Shown: positions 38,359-48,992, numbered from the stretch's first letter. The stretch is 64,000 nucleotides of DNA from an uncultured cyanobacterium (GCA_963793265.1 CAWBZI010000006.1:384001-448000); one strand, 5' to 3'. Program-made: numbers and translations. The notes: generated by a model from the letters alone, not told the origin.

Positions 38359-39129
38359 ATGTATTCTATGTTTTTTAGCTCCTTTGGCTTCTTCGGATTG
38401 CTGGGTGGCGCGTTTTGGCTGTGGATGCTTTACGAGTGCCTGAAGGCCGGGCAGAGCAGTCGGCAGTGGATATGGCTGCTGATTTTTTTGAACGTGGTTG
38501 GGGCGCTGATGTATTTTGCGATTGAGTGGCTGCCAAAGCATCCTAATTTTTTAGGGCAGATTGGCGGATTAAATAGCCGGAAGATGCGCGATCGCCTCTG
38601 GCAGGCCGAAGCTGACGCTAGAAACATTGGTAAAGCCGATCAGTACACCACGCTAGGTAATCTGCTTTTTGATATAAATCAACCTGCAAAAGCGGCTGGG
38701 GCTTATCAGCAGGCGCTTGAGCAGGAGCCTGAGAACGCGAAAGCGCTATGGGGCGCAGCGCAGGTGGCGAGCAATCAAAGAGACTACATAGCGGCTAAAG
38801 ACTACTTGGCCCGGCTACTAGAGGTAAAGCCCGATTTTTCTTACGGTGCGGCCTCGCTGGCTTACGGTGAAATGCTCTATCGAGTCGAAGAGAAGGACGC
38901 GGCGGCTCAGCATTTACAGCAGCACTTGAAAGAATGGAGTAATCCAGAAGGCTACTTGATTTTGGCAAGTATCTACTCAGAACAGCAGGACTATGCGTCA
39001 GCTCGCGAAACGCTTGAGACGCTGGTGATTAAAGTGAAGGGATACGTGCCTTTTCAGTATCGCAAAAACGAGCATTTTGTGCGTCAGGCTGAACGCAAGC
39101 TTAGAGCCCTGCCGAAGCCGAAACCATAG
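38359..39129 (+). CDS. TPR-repeat membrane protein with PLDc_N-like N-terminus
   Basis: FWLWMLYECL..WIWLLIFLNVVGALMYF followed by TPR-like helices (AYQQALEQEPENAKALWG). Confidence 0.85.
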   Translation: MYSMFFSSFGFFGLLGGAFWLWMLYECLKAGQSSRQWIWLLIFLNVVGALMYFAIEWLPKHPNFLGQIGGLNSRKMRDRLWQAEADARNIGKADQYTTLGNLLFDINQPAKAAGAYQQALEQEPENAKALWGAAQVASNQRDYIAAKDYLARLLEVKPDFSYGAASLAYGEMLYRVEEKDAAAQHLQQHLKEWSNPEGYLILASIYSEQQDYASARETLETLVIKVKGYVPFQYRKNEHFVRQAERKLRALPKPKP

Positions 39130-40762
39130 GCTTTGGTTCTAGGGCCGACTCAGCCGCTACGCGAGAAAGGCCATATTCTATACCTGCGGCGACCGCCTGG
39201 TAAGAAGCTTCTAAGATATTGACCGATACGCCAATGGTTGACCATCGGCTGTCGCCATTCCCCGACTCGACCAGTACTCGAATATTAGCCGCCGTCCCAG
39301 CTTCACTATTGAGTATCCGCACCTTGTAGTCGGTCAGATAAAAGCTTTCAATCACCGGATAAAACTGCACCAGCGCCTTTCTTAACGCCTTATCGAGCGC
39401 TGAAACAGGCCCCATACACTCAGCAACTTCTAAAACGTCCTGCCCTTTCACCGCAACCTTCACTGTTGCCCTCGCGCCAATATTGCACTGCACGTCTGAC
39501 TGCAAAACGTCGTAGCTCACCTCAAATCCTCGGAGCTGAAAAGCGGGGTTGTGCTTTCCTAACGCCTTTAGCATCAGCAGCTCAAAGCTAGCCTCAGCCG
39601 CTTCAAACTGATAGCCTTTGCTCTCAAGCGCTTTTACCTCGTTGATAATTTGGCGCATGACCGGATCGTCTTTTTTCAGATCGAGGCCATAGCGTTTTGC
39701 TTTAGAAAGTACGGTACTCGCGCCTGAAGAACTTGAGACAATGATATGGCGGCTATTGCCGATAGCATCGGGCGGTACGTGCTCGTAGGTTTTGGGGTTG
39801 CGTTCTACGGCGCTGATGTGGATGCCGCCTTTGTGAGCAAAAGCTGATCGGCCTACGTAAGGGGCGTGGTCGTCAGGGGCGAGGTTGACGATTTCGCTGA
39901 TGAATCGGCTGGTTTGGGTGAGCGATCGCAACCCATCCGAGCCCAAGCACTCATAGCCCATCTTGAGCTGTAGATCAGGAATAACCGAGCACAAGTCGGC
40001 ATTGCCACAGCGTTCACCATAGCCGTTAATAGTGCCGTGTACCATAGCCGCTCCGGCATCTACGGCGGCAAGTGAGCTGGCAACGGCTGTGCCACTGTCG
40101 TTGTGGGTGTGGATGCCGATCTGAGGAGTTGGGGTTTGGAGGGTTTGGAGATGGGTGCGGACTTTTTGTGCGATCACTTCAACTTCCTTCGGCAGCGTCC
40201 CACCATTCGTATCACACAGTACCAGCCACTCGGCCCCGCCTTTCACGGCTGCATTCAGTGTCTCTAGTGCATAGTCAGGATTAGCCTTGTAGCCGTCAAA
40301 CCAGTGCTCTGCATCGTAAATAATCCGGCGGTCGTGCGACTTTAAGAACGCGACAGACTCCTGAATCATCGCCAAATTTTCATCCAAGCTCACCTTCAGT
40401 GCATCCGTCACGTGCAAGTCCCACGACTTTCCAAAAATCGTCAGCCATAGCGTATTCGCCGCTAGCAGCGCCGCCAGCATCTTATTCTCCGAAGCCTGCT
40501 GATGAGGTCTTCGAGTAGAGCCAAACGCCACTAGCTGCGAGTTGATTAACGGCTCCTTTTGAAAATACTCAAACAGTAGAGTATCAACCGTATTCGCCCC
40601 CGGCCATCCACCTTCAATAAACGGCATTCCAATTTGATCTAGCCTCTGCGCAATCTTGATTTTGTCCTCAAGCGTGCAGGCAATGCCGTGGCGTTGAATA
40701 CCATCTCTGAGCGTAGTGTCATAAATCAGAACGCTGCCCAGGACTCTATTAGGAGGTGTCAT
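39101..40762 (-). CDS. cimA: Citramalate synthase
   Basis: YDTTLRDG, IEGGWPGAN, GKSWDLHV, YDAEHWFDG, HTHND, ERCGNA, AFAHKGGIH, DYKVRIL. Confidence 0.92.
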   Translation of the reverse strand: MTPPNRVLGSVLIYDTTLRDGIQRHGIACTLEDKIKIAQRLDQIGMPFIEGGWPGANTVDTLLFEYFQKEPLINSQLVAFGSTRRPHQQASENKMLAALLAANTLWLTIFGKSWDLHVTDALKVSLDENLAMIQESVAFLKSHDRRIIYDAEHWFDGYKANPDYALETLNAAVKGGAEWLVLCDTNGGTLPKEVEVIAQKVRTHLQTLQTPTPQIGIHTHNDSGTAVASSLAAVDAGAAMVHGTINGYGERCGNADLCSVIPDLQLKMGYECLGSDGLRSLTQTSRFISEIVNLAPDDHAPYVGRSAFAHKGGIHISAVERNPKTYEHVPPDAIGNSRHIIVSSSSGASTVLSKAKRYGLDLKKDDPVMRQIINEVKALESKGYQFEAAEASFELLMLKALGKHNPAFQLRGFEVSYDVLQSDVQCNIGARATVKVAVKGQDVLEVAECMGPVSALDKALRKALVQFYPVIESFYLTDYKVRILNSEAGTAANIRVLVESGNGDSRWSTIGVSVNILEASYQAVAAGIEYGLSRVAAESALEPKPMVSASAGL

Positions 40763-40879
40763 CTAAAACGTCTGTCGCACTAGAGGATTTTTGGCCAAGA
40801 GCTGTAGGATAAGGGCTGATGTGGCAAATTGTGTAGAGTTTTCACAAGAGTTAAAAGCGGCGCTGATTGATTTCAAGCA

Positions 40880-42202
40880 CTATGCTTCTGTCGCTAGCCT
40901 TTGGTAGGCGATCGCTAAAGCATCAGCGCCGCCCACATTCCCCGGAAACAGCACAACCGGCAAATCAGCAAACTGTGGATGGTCTGAAGCCGTTGTCACA
41001 ACCGAAACGCCAGCAATCACCTGACCCAAAAGCCTCGCTGAAGTCAGTGAAAGGCCCTTGCTCAGCGTGTCGTTAGAAGTAATGCCGCCTTTGCTAATCA
41101 GAAAACCGATATCGTCAGGAAGCCCTTTCACAATATCCATCAGCAGTGTAGAAACGGCTTCTCCAAAGGCCAGCCGAGTTTGTTTATCAGAGAACGTCAG
41201 CTCTTCGCGACTGGTATAGATAGCGGGCGTCTGGCCGTTTGCATGAATCTGTTGCAGTTGCGCTAAAGCTTCTTTAAGCAGTTCATCGTGGCTAGTGTCA
41301 GGATTGTTCTTTATTCGAGCAACGTCTATTTCTATGCCAACAATGCCAGGCGTTTTTAACAACTGTTCTAGCTGCTGAGTTGTTTTTTTGACGTGAGAGC
41401 CTACCACAATCGCGCCCGAAGAAGATCGGGTAGTGCGGTTCATCTCTGTAGGCGGCGTTGGCTGTGGCGGAAGCTTGGCAAGGGCTGTCAGCAGGCTAGC
41501 GGCACTGCGGAATAGGAACTTTTTGCCTTGGGCAGCAGCAGCTAGAAGATCGCCAGCGAACTGATCGAGATCGCTTTGTTGTTCGCCATCAACAGCAACA
41601 CAAACATTGTTTTTCAGCGACATCAGGCGATCAAAACAGCCCTTACGAACATCAGCAAGCAAAAAGCGCTCTACCTGATCAGCAGAAATTTTACCTTTTG
41701 TTTTTTCTTCTACGTACTCAGGCAAATAGCTGGTGCTGTAGCCAAAGACGGAATCTTTCGCGAATTCGGTGTCATGGGTGGGTGTGCGTGTGCCGTCAGA
41801 TTCGATGTAGTGGGTGCTCTCTACAGTGACGCGACCGGCTTCAAAAAATTGGGGGGTGAGGAAGTGAGCGTCGAAGGGGCCGAGGTGTTGTGCGATCGCA
41901 TCCGTCTCTACCGGGTAATGCCCCCGCAGCGTAGAATCCGATCGGCTCACGAGCAAGAAGTTCTGCGTATTCGTGTTCTCTAGCGCAATCTTTAGATTTT
42001 CACAGGCTTCAGTGGTGACAGCAGCGGCAGCTTCAGGGATAAGCGATCGCGTATTGGTCAGCACAAAGAAGATGGGCGAGTCGTCTAGCAATCCCAACGT
42101 CAGCGTCTCCACATCCCACTTCAGCAGTAGCAGGCAGCTATGCACCGTTTGCGAACCCGTTGGATCGTCATCTAGCACAATAATTTTGGGCGCGGTGGTC
42201 AT
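40880..42202 (-). CDS. Four-carbon acid sugar kinase family protein (DUF1537)
   Basis: IIVLDDDPTGSQTVH, SRSDSTLRGH, SKGGITSND, FPGNVG. Confidence 0.92.
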   Translation of the reverse strand: MTTAPKIIVLDDDPTGSQTVHSCLLLLKWDVETLTLGLLDDSPIFFVLTNTRSLIPEAAAAVTTEACENLKIALENTNTQNFLLVSRSDSTLRGHYPVETDAIAQHLGPFDAHFLTPQFFEAGRVTVESTHYIESDGTRTPTHDTEFAKDSVFGYSTSYLPEYVEEKTKGKISADQVERFLLADVRKGCFDRLMSLKNNVCVAVDGEQQSDLDQFAGDLLAAAAQGKKFLFRSAASLLTALAKLPPQPTPPTEMNRTTRSSSGAIVVGSHVKKTTQQLEQLLKTPGIVGIEIDVARIKNNPDTSHDELLKEALAQLQQIHANGQTPAIYTSREELTFSDKQTRLAFGEAVSTLLMDIVKGLPDDIGFLISKGGITSNDTLSKGLSLTSARLLGQVIAGVSVVTTASDHPQFADLPVVLFPGNVGGADALAIAYQRLATEA

Positions 42203-42229
42203 GGCGATATGCCTGAATGAAGGGAATGC

Positions 42230-43063
42230 CTAGTCGGTTGGAAGCTTAAAAAGCGCAAAGGTGACAAGGTAGCTGATTAAACTACAGATTAGCGTAGAGG
42301 TCACATTGTAAAACGTCGCTAAATGTTTCCGCAGCTTAGGGTTGTACTCTAGCGAATCACCGACAATTTCCAAAGTAGGGCGATAGGCTGTTCCCTCCGT
42401 TTGCTCGGCATCGGTGTAAAGCTGCTGCGTATGCATTGAAATGTCTTTTAATAGGCTTCGCATCCAAAACGTTAGCGCCAGCAGGCCGATGAGCGTAATC
42501 GTGGCAATCATCAACGGATCGATCAGCGCATTAATGATGGCAACGGTTTCATCTGAAAGCTCATGGCGCAAAAGCCGCAGCACAGCCCACACCAGCCCAG
42601 ATATGCCGATTTTGTACAGCAGCGACAGATAGGTTTTGCGGTCTTCTTCTAAAAAGCGCTCTGCTACCGCCGCTTCTGCCGCCTCTGCTTCTGCCTCTAC
42701 TTCCGCAGCTTTGGCTTTTTTGCTCTTGCGTTTTGTAGTTTTATTAGCTGCCTTATTAGCTGCCTTAGCAGTCGTTTTGTCAGCAGTCGCAGTGGATTTA
42801 TTAGACCGCGACTTGCGAGGGCTTCCAGAACTATCAGATGTCGAACTATCCGGCTTGGCGATTGGAATAGAGGGAAACTTACTAGCTAAGCCAGGGGAGG
42901 ATTCTAGCCCCTTATCCAGACCGTCGTCGGAGAGTGACTTTGCAGATGGGGTTGTCGTCGGCAGCTTGCTTTGAGCCGCTGGCATATCGTCAGCGCTTTT
43001 AGGATCTGCTTTTTTTGAGCCGCCAAACGGGCTTTGACCGTAGGTTTTAGAATCGTATGCCAT
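42230..43063 (-). CDS. Hypothetical membrane protein with K/A/S-rich disordered N-terminus
   Basis: 277-aa ORF with three hydrophobic segments in the C-terminal half. Confidence 0.72.
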   Translation of the reverse strand: MAYDSKTYGQSPFGGSKKADPKSADDMPAAQSKLPTTTPSAKSLSDDGLDKGLESSPGLASKFPSIPIAKPDSSTSDSSGSPRKSRSNKSTATADKTTAKAANKAANKTTKRKSKKAKAAEVEAEAEAAEAAVAERFLEEDRKTYLSLLYKIGISGLVWAVLRLLRHELSDETVAIINALIDPLMIATITLIGLLALTFWMRSLLKDISMHTQQLYTDAEQTEGTAYRPTLEIVGDSLEYNPKLRKHLATFYNVTSTLICSLISYLVTFALFKLPTD

Positions 43064-43148
43064 GGATTTTCCATCGGGCTTTCAGATACGCTCAACCCTA
43101 TCAACAAAAGCGCAGATTTACGCACCAATGTTAGTCACACCCTTATAA

Positions 43149-43940
43149 CTACTCGATTGTTTCACCAGCTTTTAGCCGGGTTGTGGCTTCTTCAAAAAAA
43201 GATAGGGGCGCGTTTCCTGGAATGAGCAGATCGTTCATGACAAAGGTAGGCGTACCGCGTATTCCAAAAGCTTCGGCTAGGGCAATGTCTTGGTCGATGG
43301 CGGCTTGCGCTTCGGGGCTATTGTGATCGCGCTCAAATTGCTCCATATCTAACCCAATTTGCTCGGCTAGCTCTGTGAAATAGTTCTCATTGGTTTTAAT
43401 TTTGTCCTGGTAGGCGAATAGACCATCGTGATACAGCCAAAACTGATCTTGCTGCCCGGCCGCCCAGGAAGCTTTGGCCGCTTCCATGGCCTTATCGTGA
43501 ATACTCACCAGCGGAAACTGCTTGTACACGTAAAGCACATCGTCTTCATGCTCAGCGGTGAATGTCTTCATTTCAGCCGCAGCCGTCGCGCAGTAAGGAC
43601 ACTGAAAGTCAGAAAACTTCATCAGCACGACCTCAGCATCCAACGGGCCTTTGGTCGAAGACTCACCAATTAGCTCTTCGCGACTTTTAGAGCTGAGTAC
43701 GCTCTGAATCTGCTTTCGCTGCGCTTCCCACTCGGCGCGAGCCTGGGCTTGCGCTTCGGCCAGCTCGACTTCTGTGGGCTGTTCTACGTTTTCATTCGGC
43801 TCGCTAGTAGGTGCTGTGTCAGTAGCCGTGCTCTCTGCTATGGGAGTGCCGCAGCTAATTAGGGCTAGTGATAGGGCGATCGCAAGCCAGGAGGGCGATC
43901 GCTTAGCCCATCGAAATCTGCTTCTTTGAAATAAGGTCAT
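43149..43940 (-). CDS. DsbA family thioredoxin-fold lipoprotein
   Basis: Lipobox LISC, FSDFQCPYC, cis-Pro loop GIRGTPTF; AGGAG ribosome-binding site before ATG 43940. Confidence 0.92.
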   Translation of the reverse strand: MTLFQRSRFRWAKRSPSWLAIALSLALISCGTPIAESTATDTAPTSEPNENVEQPTEVELAEAQAQARAEWEAQRKQIQSVLSSKSREELIGESSTKGPLDAEVVLMKFSDFQCPYCATAAAEMKTFTAEHEDDVLYVYKQFPLVSIHDKAMEAAKASWAAGQQDQFWLYHDGLFAYQDKIKTNENYFTELAEQIGLDMEQFERDHNSPEAQAAIDQDIALAEAFGIRGTPTFVMNDLLIPGNAPLSFFEEATTRLKAGETIE

Positions 43941-43998
43941 CAAACTTCTCCTAACACCGTCATCGCGATCCTAGACGATTGAAGCCAATATCAGGGCT

Positions 43999-44745
43999 TT
44001 AGTCCACCCAGCCGATATCGTCATCACTCATCATGCTGTTGCTTTGACCGCTAGCAGGCGTACCGCGCTGGATAGCGTATTCAGGAATGGACTTATAGCT
44101 AGAATACGGCGGTCTGCGGAGGCTTAGTGACGGCTTAGGCTCCTCTTTTTTGGACGCTGGCTCAGCAGTCTTTTCGGCTTTCTCAGCAGCGATCGCCTTC
44201 GTCGCGGCTAGCTTCTCGCTAGCTTCCTGAGCTTTCGTCAGCGTTACAACTGCCTCCTTAGCTGTATTGAGTTCGCCCGTGAGCTGCTTGATCTGAGCTT
44301 CTTTCTCATCGCGCTCACTCTGCGCGGTTTTCAAGCTATCTTTCAGCTCGAAGATGCGCTCTTGATGTGTCTCTACATCCTCTTGCAACGCGCTCACTTG
44401 CTCAGCAGATTTCTTTAGCGCGGCTTCTAAAGACGCTATTTTCTTATCAGCTTCCGCCGCTGTCGCTTTAGCAGCCGCAGCGTCACTGTCAGCTTTGGCC
44501 GCTGTCGTTTTAGCAGAGGTTGCTTTGGCAGTGGAGGCTTTTGTGGAGGCTTTTGCTGCTGATGTCTCGGCCGCTGCCTCAGAAGAAGGCCGCTTTCGAG
44601 TGCGAGATTTGGCTGAGCTGTTTGCTTTTGTCGCTGATGCGGTTTTCTGAGCTGTTTTTTGAGTCGCTGTGCTACCCGCCGAGCTGTCTTCAGATGGTTT
44701 TTCTACCTCTTCTTTAAGTAGGTCGGCAATCCGCTTTTTAGTCAT
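43999..44745 (-). CDS. mcdB: McdB-like carboxysome-positioning adaptor (type 2)
   Basis: ATGA-coupled to the ParA-type gene. Basic N-terminus MTKKRIADLLKEE, disordered K/A/S/T region, central coiled coil, Trp among the last four residues (DDDIGWVD*). Confidence 0.8.
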   Translation of the reverse strand: MTKKRIADLLKEEVEKPSEDSSAGSTATQKTAQKTASATKANSSAKSRTRKRPSSEAAAETSAAKASTKASTAKATSAKTTAAKADSDAAAAKATAAEADKKIASLEAALKKSAEQVSALQEDVETHQERIFELKDSLKTAQSERDEKEAQIKQLTGELNTAKEAVVTLTKAQEASEKLAATKAIAAEKAEKTAEPASKKEEPKPSLSLRRPPYSSYKSIPEYAIQRGTPASGQSNSMMSDDDIGWVD

Positions 44746-45380
44746 GAATCTTTCCAATCTGTTTGAATTTCGTCGGCAACTCTGATGTAGTCAGCTCTAG
44801 CTTCAATCGCGTTTCGGCCTTTCCACTGGGTAATCGGAACCCCTTCTAAGGCTGCGCGCTCGTGGGCTTTATAGGTTTTTACAAAGGCGTAGCAGGCGGG
44901 AATTTCTAGCTCCATGAGCATGTTCTGAGCTTCTAAAGCTTCGCCTAAGCTGCGCGAATCGACTTTGGTGAGTAGCACTCGATGCGGAATGCCTGACGGT
45001 GCAATCGTGTGTTTTACGGTGTGCACTAGGGCGGCAATGTCCATTGGCGCGGGGGGGGTGGGTAGTAGCAGGTAGTCGGCAATTGGCACGACGGCTTTGA
45101 GGGCTTCTGAGCTGAGGGCGGGGGGGGTGTCTACGACGATGAGATCGTAGGTTTCTAGCTTTTTTAGTTTACCAAGTAATGCGGGATCGGTTTCTTTGCT
45201 AACGTCAAAGCCGGGGCTGCTATTCCCTCTGTCGGCCCACCAGCTTGCGGAGCCTTGGGTATCTGCATCGACTAGCAACACGCGTTGGGTTTCGCTGAAG
45301 ATGGCGGCTAGGTTGACGGCGGTTGTGGTTTTGCCGACACCGCCTTTGCCGTTGAAGATTAAGAGGATTTTGGGGCTCAT
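44742..45380 (-). CDS. mcdA: ParA-family ATPase, McdA type 2
   Basis: Deviant Walker A KGGVGKTT with the signature Lys, double-Trp motif GSASWW, DTPP, no N-terminal HTH, followed by an McdB-like gene rather than parB. Confidence 0.82.
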   Translation of the reverse strand: MSPKILLIFNGKGGVGKTTTAVNLAAIFSETQRVLLVDADTQGSASWWADRGNSSPGFDVSKETDPALLGKLKKLETYDLIVVDTPPALSSEALKAVVPIADYLLLPTPPAPMDIAALVHTVKHTIAPSGIPHRVLLTKVDSRSLGEALEAQNMLMELEIPACYAFVKTYKAHERAALEGVPITQWKGRNAIEARADYIRVADEIQTDWKDS

Positions 45381-45478
45381 GGAGGTTAAGCGGCTGGGGG
45401 CTTAAACGGGTGCCGATGAGTTTAAGAATAAGGGCTATTGGTCGCGAGCATTCTTTTTGTGTCGTTCCTGTTACGACA

Positions 45479-46898
45479 TTAGAAGTCCAGGTTGTCCGGG
45501 GTGCGTGGGAAGGGGATTACGTCTCGGATGTTGGTCATGCCGGTGATGAACTGGACTAGGCGCTCGAAGCCGAGGCCGAAGCCTGCGTGGGGGACTGTGC
45601 CGTAGCGGCGCAGGTCTAGGTACCACCAGTAGTCTTCTTTGGGTAGACCGGCTTCTTCGATTCGGCGCTCTAGTATGTCTAGGCGCTCTTCGCGCTGTGC
45701 GCCGCCAATGATCTCACCGATGCCAGGGGCTAGTACGTCCATGGCTGCGACTGTTTTGTTGTCGTCGTTGAGGCGCATGTAAAAGGCTTTGATGCTTGCG
45801 GGGTAGTCGGTTACGATGACGGGCTTTTTGAAGTGCTCTTCGGCTAGGTAGCGCTCGTGCTCTGACTGCATGTCAATGCCCCAGGAGACTTCGTATTCAA
45901 AGGTCTTGCCGTCTTTGATGGCGGCTTCTAGTAGGGCGATCGCATCTGTATAGGTCACCCGCGCAAACTCGCTTTCAATAATGTTGCGCGATCGCTCTAG
46001 CACTGTGTCATCAATCCGCTGATTGAAAAATTCCATATCCTCAGCGCAATGCTTGAGCACATACGAAAAAATGTGTTTGAGGAAGGCTTCTGCTAAGTCC
46101 GCATTACCAGCCAAATCGCAAAAGGCCATCTCGGGCTCAACCATCCAAAATTCGGCTAGGTGGCGCGAGGTGTTGGAATTTTCGGCGCGAAAGGTGGGGC
46201 CGAAGGTGTATACGTTGCTGAACGCTAGGGCCATCGCCTCGGCTTCGAGCTGGCCGCTGACGGTGAGATAGGCGGGCCTGCCGAAAGAAGTCTTGGGAAT
46301 AGTCGGCTTTACCGCTTTTGTCGGTAGGAATGCTGTCGAGATTGAAGCGGGTTACGGTGAACATTTCGCCCGCGCCCTCACAGTCGCTCGCCGTCAGAAT
46401 TGGCGTGTGCATCCATAAAAAGTCTTGCGACTGAAAGAACTCATGGATGGCAGTGGCGCAGGCGTTGCGGACTCTAAAAACGGCCCCGAGCGTATTTGTG
46501 CGGCTGCGCAGATGACCAATTTCTCTTAAGAACTCAAAGGAGTGACGCTTTTTCTGTAGCGGATACGTCTCGCCGTCTGATTCCCCAAAAACTTCGACTT
46601 CGCTGGCCTGAATTTCTACGCGCTGACCCTTTCCAGGCGACTCGGCCAGTGTCCCTTTAATCTGCACAGATGCGCCTGTACTGATGCGCTCCATGCTCGC
46701 CGCATAGTCTGGAATGTCCTCGCCTGCCACCACCTGAATGCCCTTCATCGCAGAGCCGTCATTGACTTCGATAAAGGTAAACTTTTTAGCCGCGCGTTTG
46801 GTTCTGACCCAGCCTTGAATAGTCAGCGTTTCGCCGGGCTGACCCGATGCGAGAATATGCTTTATACGCTGAGAGGAGGCGCTTTGAGAGTCAGTCAT
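45479..46898 (-). pseudogene. asnS: Asparagine--tRNA ligase, split by a 1-nt frameshift (probably a sequencing error)
   Basis: N-half (GWVRTKR, YPLQKKRHS, SDCEGAGE..DFF) and C-half ([37 protein letters not shown]) are joined by removing one base near 46284-46286, giving 472 aa. Confidence 0.95.
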
Positions 46899-46938
46899 GA
46901 GAGATCAGGCAGCTAAACGTGTCTATCTATACTAATGG

Positions 46939-47292
46939 CTAGCCCAGCCACCAGTGCAAAAGCCAGCCAGCGACTAGCCCAAGCCCACCAAAGCGGACAA
47001 TCTGCCAAAAGGGTTCCTGAATCTCCCGCCAGGAAAGCAGATGACTCTCCAAGGTGACTTTCAGCGCTTCAATGCGATCCTGCATTTGGGCCAGCTCTTC
47101 GGCGGGTAAATGGCTGAGGTCGGCGCTGGTGGCCTGTTCGTATTTGGCTTTGGCCCGGCGGATGGCAAAGAAGCGATCGCGCAGCAGCAAGAACTCATCG
47201 GCCGTTTCTTTGAGCGCCCCTTCAAACGTCGCTAGCTCATCATCACTGGGCAAGTGGGGCTGGCGCTGACGCGACCGGCGGAGCAGTTTCAT
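46939..47292 (-). CDS. Hypothetical coiled-coil protein with C-terminal TM helix
   Basis: Ends LESHLLSW...FWQIVRFGGLGLVAGWLL. Confidence 0.75.
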   Translation of the reverse strand: MKLLRRSRQRQPHLPSDDELATFEGALKETADEFLLLRDRFFAIRRAKAKYEQATSADLSHLPAEELAQMQDRIEALKVTLESHLLSWREIQEPFWQIVRFGGLGLVAGWLLHWWLG

Positions 47293-47356
47293 ATGGCGTT
47301 ACAGTATAGATATCACATCGTTTGAATAGCCATTACTGTAAAGGGAGATCGCAACC

Positions 47357-47674
47357 TTGGGAACCCCTAACCCCGCCTCTAGGTCACAGCCACCAAATTC
47401 ACACACCGGTCTAGATCCAGCACTGCTCAAATCCTTTAGCCCCGAAGCGCTCGCTCAGGCCCTAGCTGAACAGCTTGCCATTACACCAAATGACTGGCAC
47501 AGACTAAGTTCTAACCGGGCTGTTCGGGCTCGCGAACAGGCAGCAGCAGCTTTGGTATACATGCTTAAAGATAAGCCCGAGGAAGCGATCCCGAGACTCA
47601 ATCAGGCGATCGGCTGGCTAGACAAAACACTCAAAGCACCGCCATGTCCTAGCCATGGCAGTAAAAAGGGCTAA
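47357..47674 (+). CDS. DUF6439-like conserved cyanobacterial protein
   Basis: LAQALAEQLAITPNDWHRL..NR..RAREQ, GWLD..LKAPPCPSHG; adjacent to pmgA. Confidence 0.8.
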   Translation: MGTPNPASRSQPPNSHTGLDPALLKSFSPEALAQALAEQLAITPNDWHRLSSNRAVRAREQAAAALVYMLKDKPEEAIPRLNQAIGWLDKTLKAPPCPSHGSKKG

Positions 47675-47707
47675 TTATTCCAAGTTGCAAGTCTCAGGTG
47701 CTGCGTT

Positions 47708-48295
47708 TTAGGTGCTGTGAGCAGACATCGGCGACCATCTGCGCCACCACGATTCAATCGTCGCAAACACAGCAGCCGGGCTCATAAAGCCTACCGCCAC
47801 AGGCCGAAGCTGCTTAGCCAAATGGACTTCTTTACCGTTTTCGCTCCAGCACACCTGATCGAAAACTTGGTGCAAAATAAATAGGCCGCGCCCGCCCTCA
47901 CTGACCAGCGGGTTATCAGGCTGGCTGTCGGGGAAAGGACACATTGGGCAGGTGTCTGGTCGTTCAAAACCTTCACCCTGGTCGCTCACAATCCACCAGT
48001 AGTAACCTTTGGCCCTGGCGTAGCGTACCGACACCAGCTTTTTAGGATCTAGCTGATTTCCGTGCTTAGCAGCATTGACCAAAGCCTCTTGCAAGCCTAA
48101 ACGCAGCTCATCATGAAGGGGATCAGGCGTTGGCTCTAAGAGCGCGTCTAGAATAGGGCGAAGATAGAGCGTAGAGGTAAAGCTCAGGCTCTCCCATCTT
48201 TTAACTGAAGGCGATTTTAGAGCAGAAGATTTCAGGATAGACGATTTCACAGCAGGCATCACGTTCGACGATTTTCCAGGCGGAGCATAAGTCAC
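47708..48295 (-). CDS. pmgA: PmgA-like anti-sigma/HATPase regulatory kinase
   Basis: SFTSTLYLRPILD, ELRLGLQEALVNAAKHGN, DQGEGF, EGGRGLFILHQVFDQV. Confidence 0.85.
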   Translation of the reverse strand: MTYAPPGKSSNVMPAVKSSILKSSALKSPSVKRWESLSFTSTLYLRPILDALLEPTPDPLHDELRLGLQEALVNAAKHGNQLDPKKLVSVRYARAKGYYWWIVSDQGEGFERPDTCPMCPFPDSQPDNPLVSEGGRGLFILHQVFDQVCWSENGKEVHLAKQLRPVAVGFMSPAAVFATIESWWRRWSPMSAHST

Positions 48296-48956
48296 GCAGG
48301 CTACTCTCCCAGCACGCTAACTTTTTCAACGCTAATAAAGGCACGCTTTAACAGTCGATTTATATAAATAATAATCGAGCAATAGCTGTATTAATAGCTA
48401 CAAGAACAGAAGGCTTTTAAACTAAACAAATTTGATATATCTATAGTCTATCAGAACATATAAGGAGATGGCTGAGGTGTAAAAAATATTGACTCTCAGT
48501 GATGTCCGTAGCAGCATTCAAGACTGTAGTTAAAAAACGTTTAAAGCACACTAAGGACGCGATCGCTAAATCTGCACCACAGACCCAGTAACCAACCTAT
48601 ACAATGCAGTCATTGGGCTTATTAAAAACAACTTTTTGCAACCGCCAAAACGACCTTGCAGAGACGGCTTCAGTCAAAAACAAGCACGAGAAAAGCAGGC
48701 AAAGAGAGTGTTTTAATAGAGCGCTATGGCTTTTGAAAACATTAGATTTTATCCCAAAAATAACTTCCTAACGATCTAAAAGTTCTGTTTTCAATTGAGC
48801 GATAAAGAGCAATCCAGCGGCTTTGTGATTTGCTGTTATTACGGACATCAAAAAAATATTGATCCTGCAGAAAATACGGATATTGCCAACAGCTTCCCTT
48901 ACGAGATTCTACGTAATTACCACAAATTTTTCAGACTTTGTTTGCAAAATCAGGAC

Positions 48957-48992
48957 AAAACAACTGTAGTTACGTACAACTACAGTTGTTTT
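48957..48992. terminator. Perfect 15-bp inverted repeat (terminator of nblB or a protein-binding site)
   Basis: AAAACAACTGTAGTT-ACGTAC-AACTACAGTTGTTTT, 100 nt downstream of nblB. Confidence 0.55.

Noticed and set aside
44742..45380. Chromosome or plasmid partition parAB locus
   Set aside because: The downstream gene has no ParB domain and instead shows McdB features.
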